Assembly (NCBI GenBank): GCA_035531595.1
Contig: DATKSN010000001.1
Span: 40,533-104,532, forward strand
Direction of reading: 5' to 3'
Source of the DNA: Pirellulales bacterium
GTDB taxonomy: Bacteria; Planctomycetota; Planctomycetia; Pirellulales; JAICIG01
DNA length: 64,000 nt
In this document: positions 20,143 through 29,835 of the stretch, piece by piece
Position numbering within the stretch: position 1 is the stretch's first letter
Layout: each line of letters starts with the position of its first letter
Made by a program: the position numbers and the translations under genes
The notes under the pieces: generated by a model
What the model saw: only the letters and a program-made list of their open reading frames with translations
What the model was told of the DNA's origin: nothing
The model's database searches: none

Positions 20143-20940
20143 TCATTGGCGTCGCTCAGTGAACTGACTTTGCAGCCAGGCGATGTCGTCCGACGGTAAA
20201 GGGGGGCGCAACGGTTGCCTGTAATCGATCTCGCGCGCATAACGCGACCGTTCGTAAATGCCATCGACGAGCGGTTGCAGAGGCAGAGAAACATCGGCAT
20301 CGGGTGGGGCCAGGGGAACGGGCAGCGCCGGCAAGGGCCGGCGATGATAGGCGCGGTTGACTTTGCATTGGGGCGCGTCGCCCTTGCGGAGGACCAGCAG
20401 GTAATAGGGGCTGTCCGGCCAGGGTTGGGCCATGCCATGACGCCGGCCACCCCGAAGCAGATCGATTTCCACCAGGTTGGCATGCCCTTGCATGAAAACC
20501 GTTCGCTTTCGCTCGTACTGATACCAGCCGACCGTACCGGGTCGTTTGTTGGACGGTGATAAAACCTCGATGCTGGTCACCAGGCGGAGTTGGGGATCCA
20601 TCTCATGGATCTCCAAGAACATCTCCCGGAATTCCACCTCCACCAAGCCTTCCATGTCCAAAGCCGTCTCGTCCAGAACGGACGTTTGCCAGGTCGTTTC
20701 CTGCTGCCCGCTGGGGCTGGTCTTGATTCCCACGTCGGGCTTGAAGATTAGTTCTCCTGCACGCTCGGACCTGGGGTCCAAATAATCGATATACGATCTT
20801 TCGCCCAACCGAACGGTGTAACGAGTTGGTAACCTCTCTGATAAGTGACGTTCGATATCGCCCAGGAGCTTATTGTGGAAATCTTCCCACTTGCCCTGGC
20901 CTTCGATGAACGGGTCCATGCCTGAAAATGGAGAACGCAT
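20143..20940 (-). CDS. DUF4058 family protein
   Basis: MRSPFSGMDPFIE, IEVLSPSNK, NLVEIDLLRGG. Confidence 0.9.
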   Translation of the reverse strand: MRSPFSGMDPFIEGQGKWEDFHNKLLGDIERHLSERLPTRYTVRLGERSYIDYLDPRSERAGELIFKPDVGIKTSPSGQQETTWQTSVLDETALDMEGLVEVEFREMFLEIHEMDPQLRLVTSIEVLSPSNKRPGTVGWYQYERKRTVFMQGHANLVEIDLLRGGRRHGMAQPWPDSPYYLLVLRKGDAPQCKVNRAYHRRPLPALPVPLAPPDADVSLPLQPLVDGIYERSRYAREIDYRQPLRPPLPSDDIAWLQSQFTERRQ

Positions 20941-21438
20941 GCAAGCACCTCGAATTCCGGCCGAAGAAGAGGCCATTGTTATCCTAATCCCGCAGTCGAC
21001 GATTTGCCACCGCGAATTGCCCTGCGCGCCCTGCGTCGTGTCGATCGCGAAGGTCAAGGGCCGGCGAACAAGGAACCGACTGGGCGGGCGCGAGGCTGGG
21101 CAGCTTGCGCAAGGTCTGGCGACTTTGCCGAAAACTTGCTGGATTTGCCCTATGCCCGCCGCCAAATTGGTATACGATATAGCACTGGGCCACGCACCGC
21201 GGGGCGGCCACCGCACCCGTCCGGTCGCGTTAGCACGCTGGATGAAGGCCCCTTAAATAACGGGGGCTGCCCGGCGGAAGGGCCGGCCAAATGGCCGCGG
21301 AAAGGCCGGTCCAAGGGCTGCGGAAGGGCCGGCGGGCTCTTCCGAGCATTCCAAGTTGACATTTTACCGCTGGCGAGCGCCGCGACGATCGTATCGCGCG
21401 GCGAGCACCACGGCTCTACTGTTTTTCGAGTTACGGAC

Positions 21439-23529
21439 ATGAATTTGGCAACCCTACGCAACATGGGCATCTCGGCGCACATCGACTCGGGTAAAACCAC
21501 TCTGAGCGAGCGTATCCTGTTTTACGCCGGCCGGATTCACCGCATGCAGGAGGTGAAGGGCGAAGGGGGCGCCACCATGGACTACATGGATCTCGAGCGC
21601 GAGCGCGGAATCACGATCACCAGCGCGGCGACCACCGTCCAATGGAATGACCACCAGATCAACCTGATCGACACCCCGGGCCACGTCGATTTCACCGTCG
21701 AGGTGGAACGCAGCCTGCGCGTGCTCGACGGGGCCATCCTGGTGCTCTGCGCCGTGGGGGGGGTGCAGTCGCAGTCGATGACGGTCGACCGCCAGATGAA
21801 GCGATACCATGTTCCACGCCTGGCGTTCATCAATAAAATGGACCGCACCGGCAGTGACTACCGCCGCGTCGTCAAGCAGCTTCACGAAAAACTCGACTGC
21901 GACGCGGTGCTGATGCAGTTGCCGATCGGCAAAGACGACCAGTTCGAGGGCCTGATCGACCTGGTGTCGATGCGGGCCATCTACTTCGACGGCGCCAACG
22001 GCGAAGACGTTCGCCGCGAGGCCGTGCCCGCCGACCTGGCCGCCGCGGCCGCCGCCGAGCGCCAGCACATGCTCGAAGCCCTGGCCATGTACAGCGACCA
22101 CCTGATGGAGCTTCTGTTGGCCGAGGAACCCGTGCCCGAAGAGCTGATCCATGCCATCGTCAAGGCGGCCGTGCAGGGGCAAGGCTTGACGCCCGTGTTC
22201 ATGGGCACGGCCTACCGCAACAAGGGCGTACAGCCGCTGTTGGACGCCATCGTCCGATACTTGCCCTCGCCCTTGGACCGCGCGATCATGGCCAAAAACC
22301 ATGCCGACGCCACGCAGCAGTTCCCGCTGACGCCGGACCCCGATAAACCGTTCGTCGGCATGGCGTTCAAAATCGTCGAAGATCCCTACGGCCAGTTGAC
22401 CTTCATGCGCATCTACCAGGGGACGATCGCCAAGGGCGAAACCTATTACAACCAGCGCACCAGCCAGAAGCAGCGCTTCAGCCGGATCGTGCGGATGCAC
22501 GCCGACAAGCGCGCCGAAGTCGACAGCGCCGGCGCCGGCGACATCGTGGCCGTGATGGGCGTCGATTGCGCCAGCGGCGACACCTACGCCTCGCAGCACA
22601 AATACTGCACGTTGGAAAACATGTTCGTGCCCGAACCGGTGATCAAGATGGCCATCAGCCCGTTGGTTCGCGACGGCGCCGACCGCTTGAGCAAGGCCCT
22701 GCAGCGCTTCATGAAGGAAGACCCGACCTTCCGCGTGGCCACCGACGAGGAGACCGGCGAAATGGTGATCGCCGGCATGGGCGAACTGCACCTCGACATC
22801 TACGTCGAGCGCATCCGCCGCGAATACAAAGTCGAGGTCGAGGTCGGCGCGCCGAAGGTCAGCTACCGCGAAGCGCCGACCAAGCTGGCCGAGTACAACT
22901 TCAAGCACAAGAAGCAGACCGGCGGCTCGGGCCAGTACGCCCACATCGTCGGCAAAATGTTCCCCTTGCCCGACGATTCGGAAGAGGAGAACTTCGAATT
23001 CGAGGACGACGTCGTGGGCGGCCGCATCCCGCGCGAGTACATTCCGTCGGTCGAGAAGGGTTTCCGCGATTCGCTGGCGAAGGGTCCCCTGGCCGGCTAC
23101 CCGATCGTGGGCGTCAAGGCCATCCTGGAAGACGGCTCGTACCACGACGTCGATAGCTCCGACATGGCCTTCCAGACGTGCGCTCGCAACTGCTTCCGCG
23201 AGACGTTCCTCAAGACCAAGCCGGTCTTGCTCGAGCCGGTGATGAAGTTCGAGGTCGAGGTTCCCTCGAACTACCAAGGCTCGGTGGCGGGCGAGTTGAC
23301 CAGCCGCCGCGGGATGATCCTCGCCACGGAAATGGTCGGTTCGACGGCCACGATCGAGGCCGAGGTTCCCTTGGCCGAGACGTTCGGCTATTCGACCGAC
23401 CTGCGCAGCATGACGCAGGGGCAAGGCACGTTCACGATGGAGTTCTCCAAGTACCGCCGCGTGCCGGCGAGCATCCAGGAGGCGATCATCGCCGACAAGA
23501 AGAAGGCCGCGCTGGTCGGAGCCAAGTAA
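21439..23529 (+). CDS. fusA: Elongation factor G, stand-alone (spdEFG1/mtEFG1-like)
   Basis: RNMGISAHIDSGKTT, RGITITSAA, DTPGHVDF, NKMD, GMGELHL; VQSQSMTVDRQMKRY; no flanking rpsL/rpsG/tuf. Confidence 0.95.
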   Translation: MNLATLRNMGISAHIDSGKTTLSERILFYAGRIHRMQEVKGEGGATMDYMDLERERGITITSAATTVQWNDHQINLIDTPGHVDFTVEVERSLRVLDGAILVLCAVGGVQSQSMTVDRQMKRYHVPRLAFINKMDRTGSDYRRVVKQLHEKLDCDAVLMQLPIGKDDQFEGLIDLVSMRAIYFDGANGEDVRREAVPADLAAAAAAERQHMLEALAMYSDHLMELLLAEEPVPEELIHAIVKAAVQGQGLTPVFMGTAYRNKGVQPLLDAIVRYLPSPLDRAIMAKNHADATQQFPLTPDPDKPFVGMAFKIVEDPYGQLTFMRIYQGTIAKGETYYNQRTSQKQRFSRIVRMHADKRAEVDSAGAGDIVAVMGVDCASGDTYASQHKYCTLENMFVPEPVIKMAISPLVRDGADRLSKALQRFMKEDPTFRVATDEETGEMVIAGMGELHLDIYVERIRREYKVEVEVGAPKVSYREAPTKLAEYNFKHKKQTGGSGQYAHIVGKMFPLPDDSEEENFEFEDDVVGGRIPREYIPSVEKGFRDSLAKGPLAGYPIVGVKAILEDGSYHDVDSSDMAFQTCARNCFRETFLKTKPVLLEPVMKFEVEVPSNYQGSVAGELTSRRGMILATEMVGSTATIEAEVPLAETFGYSTDLRSMTQGQGTFTMEFSKYRRVPASIQEAIIADKKKAALVGAK

Positions 23530-23559
23530 CCATGTCTTCAGCAACCCTGAAGGAATTCA

Positions 23560-24060
23560 ATGGCGCATCCAGCCGAGCCGCGGTTCCTTCAAGCCCGAGG
23601 CGATCGTCCGTTCCCATGGCCGTGTCCAAGTTGCCGAGCGATCGAGGTGTCACCTGCGACGATTGCCCATACGGCAACGCTTTTGTACGACGGTCGGCGC
23701 GTGACCGTCGACGTGCCACGGCTGAAGGCCCTGCAATGCCGTGGCTGCGGCGAGTTGGTCTTCGATGCGGGCGTCGATGAGCAGGTTCACCTTGCCCTCC
23801 GGCAACAACTCAAGTTGCTGACGCCAGACCAAATCTGTGCCGCCGTGGCAAGCCTCGGTGCGACGGATGAAGACGTAGCGGCAGATTTAGGGGTGTCGAC
23901 GGGCACGTTCGTTCGTTGGGCCACGGGGCGGATCATTCAACCCCCGGCGGTTGACCGTTGCTTACGCGGCTATTTTGCCTCGCCTGCCACGCGCGCCGCG
24001 AGCCGCGATACGACGTTCGGCACCGTGGCCGTCGTCGACGCGTCGTCGAAAGCCGAATGA
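23560..24060 (+). CDS. MqsA/YgiT-type zinc-ribbon HTH antitoxin-like protein
   Basis: PFPWPCPSC...CRGCGE zinc ribbon, then LLTPDQI...VAADLGVSTGTFVRW HTH; AAGGA RBS. Confidence 0.75.
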   Translation: MAHPAEPRFLQARGDRPFPWPCPSCRAIEVSPATIAHTATLLYDGRRVTVDVPRLKALQCRGCGELVFDAGVDEQVHLALRQQLKLLTPDQICAAVASLGATDEDVAADLGVSTGTFVRWATGRIIQPPAVDRCLRGYFASPATRAASRDTTFGTVAVVDASSKAE

Positions 24061-24302
24061 TTTTTGGATTTCGGCCGCGGCCACGGTCAGGCCCGCGCAG
24101 AGTGCCGCCCGCCGGCCGAAATCGCGCGAGAGGTTGTGCCGCTGGGAATTTACCGTAGCGCCGGTGCCGGTGTTTCGGTGAGCACGGTTGCCCCGCGGAC
24201 TGGCGGAACGTATCGTGTGGAGTACGCTCCGTTGGCGACGTTTTCGGTTCCTCGCTCGCCGCGCGGCGAGCAACCGTACGGCGAGTATTGCGATCAAGTG
24301 CC

Positions 24303-25694
24303 ATGGTCAACACGGGAAATTTGCCGGACAACGGCGCGGGTTCGCGCCGGCCGATCGTTTCGCGCCGCCGGCGCGCTCGCGAACTCATCGAATTGTGCGC
24401 GGATACGGCGGCGTTTTGGTATCTGAGCGGTCTCATCTTCGCGTTGGGGATCTCGTTCGGCTACACGTTCCTGGCAGCGGGGGCCGACGCGCGCCCGACG
24501 CGCCGCGACGTGATCGAAGCCCTGGGCGCCTTCGACGCCGAGTGGTACTCGTCGATCGCGACGCGCGGCTACTCCTACGACGTCAATGCGCGCTCGAACG
24601 TCGCCTTTTTTCCTTTGTATCCGCTGCTGGCGCGTGCCGTCGCCGCGCTCTTGCCGATCCGAATTGAAACGGCGCTGCTGATCGTCTCCAACGCTTCATT
24701 CCTCGCGGCGCTCATGGTTCTGGCCTCGTACGCGCGCGTGAGATACCCAGCCGCGCCGGAAGACTTGGCTCACTATGTCGTGCTTGCCGTCGCCCTGTTC
24801 CCAACGGCCTGCTTCTTCCGAATGCCGTACTCCGAATCGACGTTCCTGCTGCTCTGCGTCGTGTCGCTATACGGAATTGAGCGCCGCTGGTCGATGATGG
24901 TTCTGGTGGTCGTCGTCGGTCTGGCGACGGCGGCGCGCCCCGTTGGCGTGGCGCTCTTGGCGCCGTTAGCCCTCGACATTTGGCGCCGCCAGCCGTCGTT
25001 TGGACGACGATTGTCTTCGCTGGGCGTTTGGCTGCCGCTCGCGTGCTGGGGTTTGGCCGCCTACATGGCTTACCAATACGCCGCGTTCGGCGACGCGCTC
25101 GCCTTTGCCAAGACGCAGGAGCACTGGGGCGTCCGCGCGGCGCCGGGCTTGAGCGGCCGCCTCTGGGCATGTCTGACGTTCGAACCGATGGTCGCCGTCT
25201 ATGACGCCCATTCGCCCGCGTTCTGGGCAAGACGCGACGCGCATGGCGCCTTTTGCTTCAGTTTGCATTTTGCCAACCCGCTGTTCCTGTTTGCCGCGGT
25301 CGCCCTGCTACTCGCGGGAGCGGCACCCGGCACGCGCCTCGGACGTGTCAGCCGCGAAACCTCGCCCGCCGCCGGGCACGGTGGCGGATGTGTACCCTCG
25401 GCGCATCAGCGACGCGGCCGAACCAGCGACCCGCCGATGCGGGGGCGCTGGCTCAACCGCCTTGAGGCTTCGCTGGCGGTCCTGCTTCTGCTGATTCCGT
25501 ACCTGACGCGCGGCTATGAGATGGGGATGTCGTCGATGGGGCGGTTCGCGGCGGTCGTGTTCCCGATTTACCTCGTGCTGGGGCAGTTGCTTTACCGCCT
25601 TACGCCGGGGGCCGCGGCCGCGCTCCTCGCGGCGTCGGGCTTCCTGATGGGCTGCTACTCCGCGCTGTTTGTCGCCGGACGCCCGATCTTTTAG
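24303..25694 (+). CDS. GT-C fold (PIG-V-like) membrane mannosyltransferase
   Basis: FDAEWYSSIATRGY, AFFPLYPLL, YSESTFL, ATAARPVG, SMGRF; many TM helices. Confidence 0.8.
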   Translation: MVNTGNLPDNGAGSRRPIVSRRRRARELIELCADTAAFWYLSGLIFALGISFGYTFLAAGADARPTRRDVIEALGAFDAEWYSSIATRGYSYDVNARSNVAFFPLYPLLARAVAALLPIRIETALLIVSNASFLAALMVLASYARVRYPAAPEDLAHYVVLAVALFPTACFFRMPYSESTFLLLCVVSLYGIERRWSMMVLVVVVGLATAARPVGVALLAPLALDIWRRQPSFGRRLSSLGVWLPLACWGLAAYMAYQYAAFGDALAFAKTQEHWGVRAAPGLSGRLWACLTFEPMVAVYDAHSPAFWARRDAHGAFCFSLHFANPLFLFAAVALLLAGAAPGTRLGRVSRETSPAAGHGGGCVPSAHQRRGRTSDPPMRGRWLNRLEASLAVLLLLIPYLTRGYEMGMSSMGRFAAVVFPIYLVLGQLLYRLTPGAAAALLAASGFLMGCYSALFVAGRPIF

Positions 25695-25775
25695 TCGCCC
25701 CCCGCTTGAATGCCGGCTCTTCTTCAGTTGCGTTAAATTTCAACCGCCCGCTTAATTGCCAGAATCGTCCCTTAG

Positions 25776-25907
25776 CCCGTATTATTCATGGTCCGACACC
25801 AACCCGCAGCGCAAGCAAGGCCCAGGCTTGGACTTACCTTGCTTGCGCCGCGGGTTAGTGTGACGGCAGACTCCGCGACGCGCACGGGGGACCATGAATA
25901 ATTCGGG
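25776..25907. mobile_element. MITE-A variant (A2) carrying a REP-2 doublet
   Basis: MITE-A termini, TTAG duplication on both sides, 132 bp; contains AACCCGCAGCGCAAGCAAGG (25801-25820) and an inverted copy (25837-25856). Confidence 0.8.
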
Positions 25908-25917
25908 TTAGGGTTCT

Positions 25918-26004
25918 GTAGGGAACGCCCTCCGTGGCGTTCCGTGAGAAGCTGGAGCGACGTCATCTGGCAGGACACGGAACGCCACGGAGGGCGTTCC
26001 CTAC
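25918..26004. repeat. GTAG-family REP doublet (REPIN-like)
   Basis: Near-identical reverse complement of 4485-4569. Confidence 0.85.
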
Positions 26005-26286
26005 AGATGCCGTTGCCGCGGTAATCCTGGCAATGAAGCGGGTGGTTGTTAAATTTTGGTTCGCGCGGCATTAAATGGGTATATCTGGAAAGTGCGTACT
26101 ACCATACACTTAGAGCAAACAAAATGCTACTGGCACGCGCGAATTCTCCGCGGGAGGCCCATTTTTTGTCACGCCCCGTACGTATATATAAGTAGAGGGA
26201 CATGCGAATCCCCGAATGAACCGTTAAACTTGCCGTGGCCGAAGGGTGGCCCTTCGGTTCGGTACAGACGGCGAAAGGAGCATTTC

Positions 26287-26736
26287 ATGGGCCGATCAGC
26301 CATTTGTCGTTGGTGTACCGTTGCCGCCGTTGCGGTGCCTCTCTTGGCCGGCGCGTTCGCGCTCGCCGCGCCGGTGGCCTGGCGCCCGCTTACGACGCTC
26401 GAACAATCCGTCATGCGTGGCGGCCAATGCACGGGCAACGCCAACCAAACGTGTGGTCAGAACGGGACTTGCGGAGACAGCATCTTTGTGTGCGCCACGG
26501 GACCGTGTGGCTCGCAAAACGTCGGAGGATCCTGTGGCAACCAGGTCGATGGTCACAGTCCCGACCAATGCGTCGCTTCGCAAGGAGGCGAATGCGCCAA
26601 GGGGCAACAGATTCCCTGCACGGACAACGTGGCGTGTCAATGCGGTAACATTGGCACGCTGGAAATTCCCGAATACGTATGCACCACAGGCGCCGTTACT
26701 CCCGCCTCGATCACGTATCAGTGCCTGTCGAATTAG
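26287..26736 (+). CDS. Cys-rich secreted precursor peptide 1 (signal + double-Gly leader + 13-Cys core)
   Basis: AAAGGAG RBS; 149 aa; hydrophobic N-terminus; RPLTTLEQSVMRGG-QC; 103-aa core with 13 Cys. Confidence 0.8.
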   Translation: MGRSAICRWCTVAAVAVPLLAGAFALAAPVAWRPLTTLEQSVMRGGQCTGNANQTCGQNGTCGDSIFVCATGPCGSQNVGGSCGNQVDGHSPDQCVASQGGECAKGQQIPCTDNVACQCGNIGTLEIPEYVCTTGAVTPASITYQCLSN

Positions 26737-26748
26737 GGCTCCCTCGGC

Positions 26749-27846
26749 ATGTATGCATCCCGGCTCACCGCAGTGTTCTCCGTCTGGCTGATGGCGTCAG
26801 TGGCGCCTTGCCGGCTTGGCGGCGCCGTGGATGTCGCCAGCCAAGCGCTGGTCGACGAGGTGATCGCGGGGACCGAGGCGAACCTGGCGCTGATCGAGCA
26901 CGGAACGGCCACGTACTCCGTCCGGCGTACCAATGTAGTCCCCGCCGGATTGGACGTCCCGGGGGATGTCAAAATTGCCCATGGGACGTACACCAAAGAA
27001 GGCGAGGTGCGCGTGTCCTTCGACTATCCGCGGATGCACTTCGAGTGGCGCGGCACGGGACGCGTCCCGGGCGAGGTCGCTACGGAACGGGCGATTTACG
27101 ACGGCGAATACAACATGAGGTTCCTTGTGCCCTCGGCGGGGGCAGGCACAGGCACCGTTTTCATCATGGCGGGTTCTCACTCGACTACAGGCAACTACCT
27201 CCATCCGCGGAAGCAATTCCGCGGGTTTTGGATTCGGCCACCGTCGTTCGCTGATCAGCTCCGCGGCATGGCGGCGGCCGACGCCAGCTTGACGGCCGCG
27301 CGCCAGCCGGACGGGCTTGTACGCTTTGCGAATCAGCCCACGGCAGGCAAAATCCGCGGTATCTACTGGATTTCGCCGAACGAGGGCTACAGCCTGGTTC
27401 GCGCGCAGGAGTGGCCCGTCTGGTCGCCGGTCAAGCCTCCGCAGCTTTACGAGGCCACGGCGCGCCCGGCCGGCAACGGCGCGTTTGTGCTGGCGCACCG
27501 GCTTGCGAGGTTTTATTCGCTTTCCAAATCCGGCGAGTTGGAACCGAGTCGCGAAGAAGAGTCGACCCTGCGCGAGATCGACCTGCGGGTCCGCCCCGAT
27601 CCGAAGCTGTTCACGATCGATGGCCTCGGGTTGCGGGTGGGGGCGCGCATTGATGACCAGGTGCATGGCCGACTGTACCACTACGGCATCGACGCGGGCG
27701 GCGAGAGCGGCATTCTGCTGCCGCGATCCGGCGGCCCCATGACTCTGCGATATTGGTTCATCGGATTGAACGGGCTCGCCGGTATGCTGGCGATCGGCTG
27801 GATGATTTACAGGGCGAAACGCGGCCGTCCTGGCCCCGCCATCTGA
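26749..27846 (+). CDS. Secreted, C-terminally anchored partner protein 1
   Basis: N-terminal signal; C-terminal TM WFIGLNGLAGMLAIGWMIY followed by basic residues; paralogous to 28431-29624. Confidence 0.8.
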   Translation: MYASRLTAVFSVWLMASVAPCRLGGAVDVASQALVDEVIAGTEANLALIEHGTATYSVRRTNVVPAGLDVPGDVKIAHGTYTKEGEVRVSFDYPRMHFEWRGTGRVPGEVATERAIYDGEYNMRFLVPSAGAGTGTVFIMAGSHSTTGNYLHPRKQFRGFWIRPPSFADQLRGMAAADASLTAARQPDGLVRFANQPTAGKIRGIYWISPNEGYSLVRAQEWPVWSPVKPPQLYEATARPAGNGAFVLAHRLARFYSLSKSGELEPSREEESTLREIDLRVRPDPKLFTIDGLGLRVGARIDDQVHGRLYHYGIDAGGESGILLPRSGGPMTLRYWFIGLNGLAGMLAIGWMIYRAKRGRPGPAI

Positions 27847-27899
27847 GCGCGGAACGGGCAGGATTGGTCACCACCACGACTTCAGAACTGGAGGTTACG

Positions 27900-28337
27900 A
27901 TGACGAGGAACTTGACGCGGTTTTGGGTTCCCTACGCCGCCGCTTGTGCCACCTGGGCGTTGACCGGCGCTTGGGCCGGCGTTGAGCAGTACGCGCGTCG
28001 GCCCATGTCGATGCCGGCGCAGCTAGCGCTGCGCGGCGGGCAGTGCGTGGGGGATCCTGGCAAATGCGATGCGACTAACTCGTGCGTCAGCGATGGAACG
28101 TCTAGTAGCTGCAAGGGAAATACTTGCTCCTACCCAAACACGCCCTGCAACGCGTACCAGATCAACGGCTCCAACGAGCCTGCCTGCGTCCAAAATAATA
28201 ACGCCACGACGAAATGTGTTTATTCCACCAATCAAGTGAAATGCTATGACTTTCTCGACTGTAACTGTGACATGGACTTGAACTGTGTCGGTACGACGAC
28301 GCAAGAGGACATTGGCATTTGTTTGCAGGGCACGTAG
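27900..28337 (+). CDS. Cys-rich secreted precursor peptide 2 (signal + double-Gly leader + 13-Cys core)
   Basis: GGAGG RBS; 145 aa; RPMSMPAQLALRGG-QC; 98-aa core with 13 Cys. Confidence 0.8.
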   Translation: MTRNLTRFWVPYAAACATWALTGAWAGVEQYARRPMSMPAQLALRGGQCVGDPGKCDATNSCVSDGTSSSCKGNTCSYPNTPCNAYQINGSNEPACVQNNNATTKCVYSTNQVKCYDFLDCNCDMDLNCVGTTTQEDIGICLQGT

Positions 28338-28430
28338 TCGCGCTCCGCGCGGCATTTCGGAATTACTGAAGCATCCGGCTCAACCCTTGAGACATCGCTT
28401 CAATCACTTCCAAACGCGGGTCGACGACGC

Positions 28431-29624
28431 ATGAACGCAAGCAGAATGCAACCCAGCGGGATTGGTTCGGGATGCCATCCAGCGTCGCGCCGCGTCGCCT
28501 GCCGAGCGGCGCTGTTCGCGGCCAGCGCCGTATGGGCGGCGGCCCCATGCGGAACCGCGACGACGCGATCAGCATGCCACGCGGCCGACGCGGTCAGCGA
28601 CGCGCTGCTCGACGAGGCGGCCGCGGCGGTCGACGGCAACATGGCGCTGATCGAGCGCGGCGTCGCCAAGTACCGTATCGTCACAACGGAGTTTACGCCC
28701 CCTCCCGTGTCCCCACAAAAGCCGCCCGGCGCTCCGCCCGTGAAGCCGTGGGACGGCAAGCCGCGCGGCCCTTACACCGAGGAAGTGACCATCTATTTCG
28801 ACTATCCGGAGCTGCGCTTCGATACGCGGGGCCAGCGCTGGAAAATGAGCGGCGAAGTCGGGGAGATCGACGATTCCACGATCTATGGCAAGGAATATCA
28901 CATCAACTACGGTCGCATGACCGAGGCGATGGCCGCCAGGCACCACCGCGTGCGCATCGACCCCGTCGGCGTCGGCGTGCGCGGCATGCTGCTGTTGCAT
29001 CCGCGCGAGCAGGCATGCCCGCATTGGACCCTTACCACCGAGGCGCTGGCCGAAATGCGGGGCGACGCGCGGAGAACAGTCACGGCTATGAGAGAAGCCA
29101 ATGGGTTGCTACGGGTGGCGGTCGATTGGCCGACGTTTCGATCGAGTTTTTGGCTGTCGCCGGCGCAGGGGTGCTGCGTCGTGTTGGCGAAAGCGTGGAG
29201 TTCGGGCGCGGAGGCGGACGAACCGTTTGAAGTTGATCAGGCGACGTACCGCGAGGCCGAGAACGGCGCGTTCGTGCTCGAACACCGGCTAATGCACAAG
29301 TCCAAGATGGTCGATGGAGTGCGCGAGCGGACGCGCGACGAGGAAGCGACGTTGCTGGAAGTCGACATGCGAAGCGATCTGGACCCGAACATTTTCACGT
29401 TGGATGGGCTGGGGCTGCCCGAAGGCGCGCAAATCCACGACGCCGTACGCGGCAGGAAGTACGAGTACCGCGTTCCCGCGGTGACGGAATCGGAAATCGA
29501 GCCGCCCGCGCCCGGCGGCGCGATGGCGGGCCGGCGCTGGTACACCGCCGGATATCTCGTCGTTGGACTTGCGCTGGCGGGCTTGCTCGCCTGGAAGCTC
29601 AGGCATGCCCGGCGACGACCGTAG
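28431..29624 (+). CDS. Secreted, C-terminally anchored partner protein 2
   Basis: ALLDEAAAAVDGNMALIERGVAKY and DPNIFTLDGLGLPEGAQIHD match motifs in partner 1; C-terminal TM plus basic tail. Confidence 0.8.
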   Translation: MNASRMQPSGIGSGCHPASRRVACRAALFAASAVWAAAPCGTATTRSACHAADAVSDALLDEAAAAVDGNMALIERGVAKYRIVTTEFTPPPVSPQKPPGAPPVKPWDGKPRGPYTEEVTIYFDYPELRFDTRGQRWKMSGEVGEIDDSTIYGKEYHINYGRMTEAMAARHHRVRIDPVGVGVRGMLLLHPREQACPHWTLTTEALAEMRGDARRTVTAMREANGLLRVAVDWPTFRSSFWLSPAQGCCVVLAKAWSSGAEADEPFEVDQATYREAENGAFVLEHRLMHKSKMVDGVRERTRDEEATLLEVDMRSDLDPNIFTLDGLGLPEGAQIHDAVRGRKYEYRVPAVTESEIEPPAPGGAMAGRRWYTAGYLVVGLALAGLLAWKLRHARRRP

Positions 29625-29676
29625 TCATCACGCTCCGCGTGATGGGACCGTCACACGGGGCGTGATGCCCAGCTAG

Positions 29677-29807
29677 CCCGGATTATTCATGGTCCCGTAG
29701 CTGGCTTCGCAAGAAGTCAGGCCGTGGACGCGAGTTACGCCAGAATTCTTGCGAATTCTGCTACAGCACAGTGCGCGAGTTCCTCCCCGGACCATGAATA
29801 ATACGGG
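29677..29807 (-). mobile_element. MITE-A (131 bp)
   Basis: TIR CCCGGATTATTCATGGTCC; CTAG duplicated on both sides. Confidence 0.9.
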
Positions 29808-29835
29808 CTAGTGTTTGCGAATCAGGAGGTTCGTC

